From: Octopus vulgaris
Lineage: Eukaryota
Assembly (NCBI GenBank): GCA_951406725.2
Contig: OX597823.1
Coordinates: 35,960,001-36,024,000, forward strand
Reading direction: 5' to 3'
Length of the DNA stretch: 64,000 bases
Shown here in pieces: positions 53,418 to 64,000 of the stretch (position 1 is the first letter of the stretch; the number at the start of each line of letters is the position of its first letter). Under the pieces are notes generated by a model, which did no database searches, was not told the DNA's origin, and worked only from the letters and a program-made list of their open reading frames with translations. The translations under genes were made by a program, and so were the position numbers.

Positions 53418-53505
53418 ACTTCCCTAAAGAGAAGATTACATTGTTTTACACCATTTATTCCTTTGGAATAATATCAGTGAAATCTTCGAAACATGTGTCG
53501 GAAGT
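53418..53505 (+). ncRNA. Type I hammerhead motif, long stem II (family A), core G5 mutated
   Basis: Stem I ACUUCC/GGAAGU (6/6); core CUAAAGA; stem II GAAGAUU/AAUCUUC (7/7) spanning 57 nt; GAAAC-AUGU-GUC cleavage triplet. Lies within the 53390-53700 repeat. Confidence 0.75.
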
Positions 53506-53699
53506 AAAAGTATTTGAATTATACCTGTGTTAAACTTCATTTATTTATGTATATATTATACAAAAAATTCCACGTAAACTCGAAGTTTCTACCTTTAAAA
53601 CAAGGAGTTACAACCTCTTTACTTGTGTGATTTTTTGCTATCCTGGTAACTATTTATCTATTTTTTCCATGTTAATTGTTAACAAGGGAAAATACACTC

Positions 53700-53743
<44 letters not shown>

Positions 53744-54165
53744 AACATATATACAGAGAGAGAGAGGAGGGAATGATATGTCTATAAAATAAGTGTACAT
53801 ATATATATATGTGTGTGTGTGTGCATGTATGTATATATGTATGAATATATATATATATATGTACATGTGTGTGTGTGTGTATGCCTATGTGTGTATATAT
53901 GTATGAATATATGTATGCTTATATGTATTTATATATATATATATGTACATACATGTGTGTGTGTGTGTGCGTGTGTGTGTGTGTGTGCACAGAAGCATAT
54001 TTTTAACTGAGATGTTAACATTTTATTCTTCAAGTGCTTCAATCCTGTTTATGTATATATATTTACTGGATTGCTGACAATTATTAATAGTTTTCCCCAT
54101 TCTGTTGATACGCCATTTATTATCATTAATAAAACTGTTGGCATTTTTGCCAATGCAGGTATGCT

Positions 54166-54236
<71 letters not shown>

Positions 54237-54577
54237 GTAAAAAAAATACAAACTGGGACAAGAACGCAAAACACCTAGAAGACGATACAAAAAACACGGA
54301 CGGGACATTCGAAGCCTTCAATCTTCAGTCAAGAACCGGATCATCCTCACAATTTCGGCATGTATGTATTTATATGTAAATATGTATATATATATATATA
54401 TATATATACACATACATATATACATACGTACATACATACCTACATATATTTATATAAATATATATATATATACACACACATTATGTGTTTGTGTGTGTGT
54501 GTATGTATAATATAATATAATATAATATAATATAATGTAATATATTTAATACAATATAATATAATGTATATGTAAAG

Positions 54578-54695
54578 GAAGAACTATGTTGTTATGGGAG
54601 GAACAGCACAAAAAGGCAACTGGAACACCACTCCAAATGAACAGGACCAAAGACACATATTGGATGGCTGTGCTCGAATTGTGCCAAGTTTGAAG
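54578..54695 (+). CDS. DAO: DAO/DDO family coding exon 8
   Basis: KNYVVMGGTAQKGNWNTTPNEQDQRHILDGCARIVPSLK; weak AAG acceptor; GTAAAT donor; 118 nt, phase 2 to 0. Confidence 0.9.
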
Positions 54696-55051
54696 GTAAA
54701 TAGGCTCTTTCTTTCTTCATTTTTATGTTTCAATTTATTTGACCTTTTCAACCCAGACTGTATAGAATATCTCATAAAAAACTGAAACCCTAGAAAACTA
54801 ATAATGGCCTGTATCATCATCATCATTTTATGTCCATTTTCCATGCTAGCTTGGGTTGGGTGATTTTGCAGGATCCAATGAGCCAGAGTTCTGTGTGAAC
54901 ACTTCAATGTCTACTTTAGCATGGATTCTACAGTTAGCTACCCTTCCTAATGCCAACCACTTTACAGAGTGTAAAGAGTGCTTTTCATGTAGCACCAGCA
55001 CTATGTATCTGTGTCAAAAAAAAAGGAAGGAAATTTTTTTAAAAAGTAGAT

Positions 55052-55106
<55 letters not shown>

Positions 55107-55107
<1 letters not shown>

Positions 55108-55510
55108 GGCGAAAGAATTTGACAAGCTCAGAAAATATAAAGACTTGCTCATTGAAATTGAGAAAATGTGGCATCTCAAGGCGGTTACAATACCAGTGAT
55201 CACAGGATCACTAGGAATGATCAAGAAGGGAACTGAAAATTACATGAGAATGATCCCTGGCTTACCATCCCTGCAAGAAGTGCAAAAGATTGTATTAACT
55301 GGTACATCACATGTATTGAGAAGGGCATTGTCGATGTGAGAACTATTACTACCCATGTCTTTTAATTTAACTTTATTCCTATCAAAAAAAAAAATGAACG
55401 AACTAGTGAGTTTAGTTTAATGGCCTACCAATGTATACAATGAGTTTCTTTGCCCTAGGAGTCGGGAAGACACTCAGCAAGAAATGGAAGCAAATTTGAA
55501 AGAAGAAAAA
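55107..55510 (+). mobile_element. Short 5'-truncated R4/Dong-like copy next to (TAA)n
   Basis: KEFDKLRKYKDLLIEIEKMWHLKAVTIPVITGSLG. The 3'UTR matches 30140-30230(-). Preceded by (TAA)n at 55053-55106. Confidence 0.85.
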
Positions 55511-56248
55511 TCCATCATCATCATCATCATCATCGTTTAATGTCCGTTTTCTGCGCTAGCACGGGTTGGACGGTTCGACCGGGGTCTGGGAAGCCAGGGC
55601 CTGCACCAGGCTCCAGTCTGATCTGGCAGAGTTTCTACAGCTGGATGCCCTTCCTAATGCCAACCACTATAATAATAGAATGCATTTCAATGAAACAATA
55701 AAGATTTTGTTATATTTGGGGATGGCATATTTTTTTTCTTTTTGCCAATTAACCATATGCACTATATATTTGGTCTTCACTTCAGCTTTATCATTATTCT
55801 TATTTTAGTGTCCTTTATCTTAAAACTTTTGTCACACGTTCTGTAACCTCTTCAGCAATTCTCCATTCCACATGTCTCTTTCTATTCTGCTTAGCCCATT
55901 CTGTCTTTCTGTGGTGTGTACCCTTATCTGTACATGCATTTGCATCTGCATCTGTGTGTGTATGTGTGTATGTGTGCATGTGTGCATGCATGCATATGTG
56001 TTCATGTCTATGCATTTAGTATGTGTGCTTTGTATGCATGTATATGAGCTTGCTTACTTCACAATTTGTACCCGTATCTTTTATTTAGTTGTCTCTGTTT
56101 TTTTGCTTTTTTATTCATTTATTTACTTGTTTTTTTTCACATTCCATTTTAAGTATGTGTATGTGTCTTGTGTGTGTGTGTATATGGCTTTATGTATTAT
56201 ACTGTTTATATCTGTTTCTTTTTTTTCTTTTCTTCTCTCCTTTTGTCT

Positions 56249-57225
56249 TTAGTTGTCATGTTGCATAGTGTGGTAGAGTGAAGGGGGTGTTGTTATTCCA
56301 TTCATGTTTCTGTTGAGACTTGGTCTATCTATTACTATGTGTGTAGTCTCTGTAATCAGTCTAAGTATTGTGTCTGGTCTATGTGTCGATAATATCTTAA
56401 TATCTATGTTATTAACTGAGTGTCTATGTTCTAATTGAGCATGTTGGTAGAGCACTAACAAGCTTTTCTCTTCCATGAGCTCCCACTAGTGTTCACCTAT
56501 CCATTGACCTATACTATGTGCTGTCTCTCTGATGTATGTTGCTGTCCTGTTTCTGCACCATCCCTCATTACACTGTATACTATAGACTACAATCCTAATC
56601 TTACAGTTTACCTGTGGGTTCATCCTACATACTATACATTTGTTATCTGCACATGGGGGGCCTTTCAGATGGATATGTTCTACAGATCAGGGATTTTATG
56701 GGGGTTCTTGGCCTTTCTACTACTTTAATCCATAGATTCATCTTATCTAAGGTTTTCCTAAAAAGGTATGCTAGGCTGCTACCAGGGGTAGCATCAGTGA
56801 GCATGACACACTGTTATTTTTGGTTGTTATACCACAAGCTGGCCTTATTTATTTTTTTCTTGGTCCTTTCTAAGCTATTCCAGGATTTCCACCAGTATAA
56901 CAGGTAGATCCCATTTGCATCATTCTCTATGATGACCTTGTTCTTAGCCTTGGCTCTTTTGTACGTTCTGATTCTGTCCCTTTGCCTGAAACCAGAGAAT
57001 CGCATGCAGTGAATGAAGTATTGTATGTGTCTTTCTAATTCCACAGGGCTACACATGCAGGACATATTTCTCATCTCTCTCACCAAGTCCTCTATTAGAA
57101 TATTGAACTTGATGTTGTCTGCAATAGCTACATCCTTGTGGACCAGGGATTTAGAGGCCATGTGGTTCTTGGACGTTGATTTTCATCAAATCTCTGATAA
57201 TGGTGTTTGTTTGTGGTCAGAATAG
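56249..57225 (-). mobile_element. Penelope-like element remnant (RT thumb, Cys linker, GIY-YIG endonuclease)
   Basis: MASKSLVHKDVAIADNIKFNILIEDLVREMRN; CADNKCIVC...NC; VVYSIQCNEGWC...TYIRET; LYQHAQLEH...RLITETTHI...PSLN. Confidence 0.8.
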
Positions 57226-57751
57226 TTTTCTTTTATTCTTTTACTTGTTTCAGTCATTTCACTGTGGGCATACTGGAACACCGCCTTTAGTTGAACAAAT
57301 CGACCCCAGGACTTATTCTTTGTAAGCCTAGCACTTATTCTATTGGTCACTTTTGCCGAACTGCTAAGTTACGGGGACATAAACACACCATCATCGGTTG
57401 TCAAGCGATGGGGTGGGGAAACACAAACACACAAATACATACATATATATATATAATTCAATTTAATTAAATCAGTATATAGTTAACATGTTCTTTAACT
57501 TCAGTTGCTCCCTTATTAAATACTGGTTAAATCCATTTGATCAATTTCCATAGAAACCATATAATAAGTTAATATTTAGATAAGTAATAAGTAAATAAAT
57601 ATTAAACTATTTCTTTGCAATTTTCTTTACCTCCCTCTATTGTGGTAAAAATTTGGTATATACTCAAAATATTCAAAGAAGTTTTATCCCTTTGTTAAAA
57701 TTTCATTCTTAATAATCTTCTTGATTACCCTAAATTTTAACTTTACTTAAA

Positions 57752-58150
57752 AATAATAATAATAATAATAATGAAATTATTGTATACAGTGCTCAGGTGC
57801 ACCACAACTTGTCAAAAGTGCGTATAAAGTATATGCAGTAATGTAGAAATGTCTGGAAAGCGAACAGTGTATGTTTGCGTGTGTATGGAGGGGAGAAAAT
57901 CTGGTGTTGTGTTGGCAGATCTCAGGAAGTATGGAAGTTTTGAAGGATGCAGTGCTCCAACAACTAACAACTGATGCCAGCAGTTTGTTCCATGCTTCAG
58001 TAACTCTTAGCGTGAAAAAATGTTTCCGAAAGTCATAGAAGCTGTGCTATTTTCTGACTTTGTAAACATGTCCACGGGTGTTAGACAGATGGAGTTTGAA
58101 AAGGTGCTCAGAGTTATTGTTTGTCAGATGGTTAATAATTTTATGGGTGT
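57752..58150 (-). mobile_element. CR1-clade LINE 3' end
   Basis: HKIINHL...NTRGHVYKV...RKHFFTLRVTEAWNKL, ending in an (ATT)n tail. Confidence 0.78.
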
Positions 58151-59493
58151 TTAAGACAATATTATTTGAAATGATCTTTAGACATTACTTGATTTATCTC
58201 TTTCTTAAATGGCTCTACCCTCCTGATCTTAGTATTTATAAGGGTCTTTATATAAATTAACCCTTCTAAACAAGTACCACTAAGAAACTATAAATATCAT
58301 GTAGGGAGTAAAATATAACCCTTAGTTTTTAAAAAAAGATTAGAGTAAAATATGAATGTTCCATAACTTAAATATTCCTTTAGCTGATACCAGACATCAG
58401 TCTTTTATTGATATTAGCTAAATAAGTAAATATATAAATTTTAGTCTAATATATTTTGAATTATTATACTTTTTCTATAATTCTTCTCTATTGGTCTTAA
58501 TAAGCTACATATACTTTACCAGTAGTTAAGCTATTTTATTCCTTTTCTATGGTGATCTGCCCTACTTGGTTCTTGATTATTTTTATTTCATTTCTTTATT
58601 ATTTTATAATTAGCCTTTATTTATTTATAAAATTAATCTAATTTTTGTATCTCTATAAATTCATACTTAGCTTATATAAAACTATACTGGTATATTCACT
58701 ACTTATAAAAAAACTGCTTAGATTATAATTTTATTAATATATAATTAGCATGTTCTTTTACCTCAATACTCCTTTATTAATACCAGTATATACCAATTAA
58801 TCAATATTCACAGACACCATCTGATGAGTTAGTATTGAAGTGTACAATATGTATAAATATTAAACTATTTCGGGATAATTTCTTTTCCTCCTTCTATTAT
58901 GGTAAAAGTTTTGGTATATATTCAAAAATATTCATGAATTTCTATCCTTTTGTTATAATATTCTTCTTAATAATCCTCCGAATAATCCTAAGCTTTAACT
59001 GTATACAATATAGCAACATTGTCTAAAATATTTAACTATAGTACTACAAGATAAGACTTCCCCTGTTTCATTATCAATGGTCTGCTAGTGGGCAACCTGC
59101 TTAATTTTCAGCTAACATCTTGTTTTAAATTTTCTTTTACTAAGCCTCATGATATTGCTTCTAATAAATCTTGATTTTTATGACTATACCAACTATGATT
59201 TATGTCTGCTCCCTCAGCCCTACCCCTAACAGATACTGCTCTTTGTTCTCTCAGCCTTAGATATATAAAGATTTAATAAACTAGTCTATAAATTAAAACT
59301 GACCCCATAAAAACAAAAAAATCACTGACAGGCAGAGTCTGTAACAATGTGTATCTTCTTGATAACTTAGTAACTTCTATGCTGGAGTGGAAACGGGCAA
59401 GTTCTTTGTCTATCTCCTTAACTTCTTGGAGATTTTAGGTATTATTATACTAATGTGTCCATCAGTTCTAATTCAATTAAATTCTATGTCTTT

Positions 59494-59582
59494 GTGCAGC
59501 TGAGGATTGCTCTGCATTTTAAATTGATGTAATGATTGCATCGTTCAATTAAATGGAGTTGCATGAAACAATCGTACTACAT
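59494..59582 (+). ncRNA. Type I hammerhead-like motif, long stem II (family B), intact core
   Basis: GUGCAG-CUGAGGA(59500-06)-UUGCUCU...GGAGUUGCAU-GAAAC(59565-69)-AAUC-GUA-CUACAU. The first stem II pair is a U-U mismatch. Confidence 0.6.
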
Positions 59583-59636
59583 TACTTCTGGATGTCCTTG
59601 TTGCTTATTTTGATATATATATATATATGTATATAT

Positions 59637-59840
59637 AAACAATTGCAGCGTGGAAGGTGTTTATAAGCCATTTAAGAAACACACAAAAGCTGTTCGATTC
59701 ACTGAACAGGTCAGTGAACAGGTCGCGGATTTTAGCGACGAAAATATTTTGACAAATTAAACTTAAATGTTGAAGTGAATCGAACGGCTTTTGTGTGTTT
59801 CTTAAATGGCTTATAAACACCTTCCATGCTGCAATTGTTT
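59637..59840. repeat. Inverted repeat (67-bp arms)
   Basis: 59637-59703 versus 59774-59840. A single arm also occurs at about 21685-21750. Confidence 0.88.
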
Positions 59841-59896
59841 TCGTTTCAGCACACGATCTCAGATCAAATTACTTGCTATGCGAGTACATCTCCGTA

Positions 59897-59939
<43 letters not shown>

Positions 59940-60454
59940 GGGAATAAATTAGTATTCCAACCTTAGAATAAATTAGTATTCCAACCTTACAGGTAAAATT
60001 CAGTATAGTAATATTAGACCGAATTTCGTAATATATAATATATGTATATAACTAATTTAGTGCCACACAGTGGGACTGAACCTGGAACCATGTGGTTGGT
60101 AAGCAAGTTACTTTCCACACACCCATGAGATAGTTTCTGTTACATGACAGAGGATATGGACATATAGTTCATACATGGGTAATGAAGTACAGGAGGAGGA
60201 AGAGGAAAAAAACAATGATTGTTCCCTATCCTCTGAGTTTGGTAGATGGAAGAGAGCCAGTTATCCCAGACTCAACATAATTCTAGGCAACAAAGTGGAT
60301 TCCACAGGAACTATGATAGAATATCATAAAGTCATGGGTGTAGAGCTTCAGAATGGTTAGCAATCTATCTTGTCCACACCTAATTCCATTACTCATTATT
60401 AATCATATAACTGTTTGACAGCAAAGATTGTATTGTCATTTCTTTGTCTCTCAG

Positions 60455-60553
60455 GATGCAGAAATTTTAGACACAAAAGTTGGACTGAGACCATTTAGGG
60501 AACAAACCCGTCTGGACCAGCAAACTATCACATTTAATGGTCGGTCTATACAG
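60455..60553 (+). CDS. DAO: DAO/DDO family coding exon 9
   Basis: TTTGTCTCTCAG acceptor; DAEILDTKVGLRPFREQTRLDQQTITFNGRSIQ (GLRPxR with the substrate-binding Arg); GTGAGT donor; 99 nt. Confidence 0.94.
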
Positions 60554-62319
60554 GTGAGTTCTCTTATCTTTACTACTGTCTCTTCCTTCTACTCCTACTC
60601 CTATTCCTTGACTGAATCCCTATTTCTTAACCAACTTCATCTAGAAGAGAACCACAAAGAAGACTATATTAAGAACTTCTCCATTAAGTTGATATACAGC
60701 AAATCAATAAATCACTTTCAGATCTTTCATAAAATACCAAGGTCATCACTGATTGGTTTAATTGTATCTCTATTAGACTTAATACAGTAATGCCTTGATA
60801 TACAAGTTAATTCATTGTATATTGCTCTTAAATTGAAAACTCATAAAGCAGAGCAATAATTTCTCATAACAGCAATGTTATAAACCATAATTCATTCCCA
60901 GAAAAATATTTTACCTATAAAATTTATAATACTCATAAATAAATGGCAATAAAACAACAGTAGGATATAAAGAATATTTTATGTAGCATAAAAAGAAAGT
61001 CAATTTCATTTGTAATGAAGAATATTGTTATTATAATTGTTTTCTGAATCACTTTTATGTGCACTAGACTCAAGCACACCATCACTTGTGGACATAATCA
61101 CCAATTCCCTAACACTCATTGACAGACTTGTAGATTTCTTTTTAAAAAACAAGTTTAGAGTTATGTGCTTAGAAGAAGCTTTCTTTCGCTCTCTATTTAT
61201 ACTTGTAATTACTGGGGTACTGGAATATATAACACACTGCCTAAATACCAGTATTGAGAAATTAGGCTTCTTAAAACCAAAAAGGAGAAAGCTGGTTCGA
61301 AGACTACAGATCCAAGCCTTCACTGGAACTATAAAATCTGTAAAACTTTCCAGAGGTTTATCATTTAAGTATATATGAGCATGTCTAGACATGCAGCTAT
61401 GTTCATGAGAATACATACATAAAACAAAACATACAAATCTACACATATTCATATATACATACACACATACATACATACATACATACATACATACATACAT
61501 ACATACATACATACATACATACATACATACATACATACATAGTTCAAATTTATAGAAAAACAAAGATGAAGGCAGATGTAGGAACTAAAAGCAAGTGTAT
61601 TAGTTTGACACTTGGGAAAAATGGAAAAATCTTTTGTTTCAAGTCTATGCTCTTCAACAGAAAAGAATAAGAGGAAATAGAGAGAGAATGAAAAAAGAAC
61701 ATATTGAGTTCACTGGTCCAACATGGTGAATGCATACATGGATACATACATACAAACATGCATACATACATGCATACATACATACATGCATACATACATA
61801 CACACACACACACATACATACATACATACATACATACATACATACATACATACATACATACATACATACATACATACATACATACATACATACATACATA
61901 CCCTGTTGATGTAGTTGAAATTCCAATGAAGAAGCCGTGGATCTAGGTTGGAAACTGACTCTTTATTGGCATGAAATCTTGAAATAAAACTAAATAATGA
62001 TTTACACACATGATGATCATTGTCAACTTGTAGATGAGTGTGACCACTACTGACAAAACAATGCTTGTGCAAAATTTTAGGTCCAATAAGGCTTGCACAA
62101 CACCACATAGACCCTCTCCCCTCTATTGACATTTTGCAGACACAAGCCAAAGCAAGATATCCAGTGCCAATATGGATCACAGGCTCAATAATGTAGGAGC
62201 ACAATGATCTCGAGTGCAAGCAAAAGATCCCCAAAATGTTCAATGTCATTCCCTGTTCATCTGGTTTTATATCAGAGTGATCTTCTCTTAAAGATATGCT
62301 TTCACAAAAGCTGAGGGCT

Positions 62320-63058
62320 GCCTTAACAGTTGGAAGAAGGCTGTCTGGGCCAAATGCTTCTTTTGGCTGTCTCCAGACATATACTTGGCCGGTGGTTGGA
62401 AATAAGGTAAAGGATGACTCGTCCGAGAAAATAACATTCTTCCATAGCGCTAGGGACCAATTCTGTAAGTTTTTACTCCACTCTAAATGCTTTGCAACAT
62501 TTGTTTTTGAAAGTAGTGGTTTTCTGATTGCAGCCCTCCTGCTTTGTGCAGCTCCCAGCAAACAGTTTTTGTGGCAACTGGGTTCTCGAGGTGGTCATTA
62601 AGCTCTGCAGTAATTTTGGGAGCTGTACTTTTGTGATCCTTTCTAACAATTTGCATAAGAGTCTGACAGTCCCTATCTGAAAGTTTTGGTTTTCGTCCGG
62701 AGTTTTGTTTCGACGAGGAGGTTTTTTCCTCTTTCTCAAAAGCTCTCATTACTTTCAAGACAGTACTTCTTGATACACTAAACATTTCGGCTGTTTTTGT
62801 TACATTAGCACCTGCCATATGAGCACCAACAATTTGACCTCTTTGAAAGTCCAATAGATCTGTCATTTTAATGAATTTTACTTACTTTTTTTTTATGATA
62901 TCTGAAAAGAAACAGCAATTTTAGCAAAGTATATTAAGCAACACTAATAATAAATCGAAAACATAAAAATAAACAAGCTTTTGATGGTTTTATAGATATT
63001 TCAAAATTATGATGCTATAATAAATGCTAGGTGTTTCCATTATTTTGTCCAACCCCTG
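62320..63058 (-). mobile_element. Tc1-like transposon, 5' half
   Basis: TA+CAGGGGTTGGACAAAATAATGGAAACAC terminus; MTDLLDFQRGQIVG...SGRKPKLSDRD; WKNVIFSDESSF; truncated after LLPTVK. Confidence 0.9.
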
Positions 63059-63929
63059 TATATAAAAGTAAAATCTTACTGTGGACAAAGCTGCATGGGA
63101 TTCGATTATAAATAAAGAGATATAAAATACATCAAGTGAAGGATATCACCAATGAGTGAAAATTACGTAGGCACACGAGCAACAAGTACTGGACGAATTA
63201 CCAAAAAATATACAATAAGAACAGGACATCACCAACAAGTGAAAAATACATAAACACATAATGAGAAATAAGTACGGGACAAAATACCAAGAGAAGTCTA
63301 ATCCCTCCTCAGTTGTCGACTGTTAATTACTCCCTATTTTGAGCTTTCAACAACAATATAGGAAAACTTCATAAAATAGCAACATCCAGAAATTTTTGGA
63401 ATATAAAATTTGCAGAGAGTTAGAGCTTCGAACGAACAAGCAATAGTGTGGACGTACAGAGTAAACAATTGATGAAAACAAACATTAAGGGCCATTAGGC
63501 CAAGACGCATTGTAATGGGTAATGTCTGGGAGAAATTTTGAAAGGGTATACAATAAATACAAGAGAAGAAAATAGTAGAAGAGAAAAATGTCGGAAGGCA
63601 AGAAAAAAAGGACGTCCAATTAAGTATGCGTCATGTCCAGAAAAGACAGGGGAGAGGAAAAAATGGTCTGTAGTCATGTGGGAACAAACAGACAGAGGAC
63701 AAGAGGGTGCTTGAGGTAAATAAACAAAAAAAAGCTTGAAACTCACGCAACCCCTATTATCAGCAGCTTTATTTACATTTTAATTAATTAATATTATCCC
63801 AAGCCACTTCTAGCAAGGCTACGCAACCCCAGTCAAGGCTTGCCCCCCACCACCACCAAGGGATGGGAATACCTGCTATAGTAGAAAGCATTATATATAT
63901 ATATATGTTGTTGTTTTCTCTCTGTTTAG

Positions 63930-64000
63930 GTCATTAACAACTATGGTCATGGTGGCTGTGGTCTGACAACTTTCGTTGGTTGTGCAAAAGATGTTGTGGC
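63930..64000 (+). CDS. DAO: DAO/DDO family coding exon 10 (runs off the window end)
   Basis: TCTCTCTGTTTAG acceptor; VINNYGHGGCGLTTFVGCAKDVV, the family signature (H/N)NYGHGGxG. Stop codon and any PTS1 signal lie outside the window. Confidence 0.94.

Noticed and set aside
49244-54577. (AC)n/(GT)n-bridged splicing as an explanation for the weak exon 8 acceptor
   Set aside because: There is no complementary repeat next to the intron 7 donor.
57460-59010. Diverged ~290-bp direct repeat pair (57460-57745 and 58720-59010), possible LTRs
   Set aside because: No TG...CA ends, PBS, PPT or gag/pol. Too degraded to classify, possibly old PLE fragments.
61006-61563. Overlapping 185-aa and 113-aa ORFs in intron 9
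   Set aside because: No recognisable domain or splice context, and partly microsatellite.

Overview
This is eukaryotic, AT-rich DNA dense in microsatellites and transposons. The SINE and repeat repertoire suggests an octopus or other coleoid cephalopod, which is an inference. The only host gene is a + strand D-amino-acid oxidase / D-aspartate oxidase family flavoprotein. I assembled it by hand from 10 GT-AG exons with consistent phases (19726..>64000, about 320 codons visible, last exon runs out of the window). Everything else is upstream or intronic DNA. DNA transposons include a complete mariner, a Chapaev3-type element, hAT, Merlin, two Tc1 elements and a non-autonomous Helitron. Retroelements include R4/Dong-like, RTE, Tx1, CR1 and Penelope-like elements plus tRNA-derived SINEs. 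Five observations stand out. (1) There is a cluster of hammerhead-ribozyme motifs, including families with an unusually long stem II. (2) A ~540-bp ORF-less RTE derivative starts with an HDV-like ribozyme fold. (3) A SINE shares its 3' tail with a Tx1 LINE. (4) Two Tx1 elements are stacked at the same 17-bp site inside a Tc1 transposon. (5) Many long intronic fold-back palindromes are candidate dsRNA/ADAR substrates. Most ORFs in the supplied track are microsatellite artefacts.
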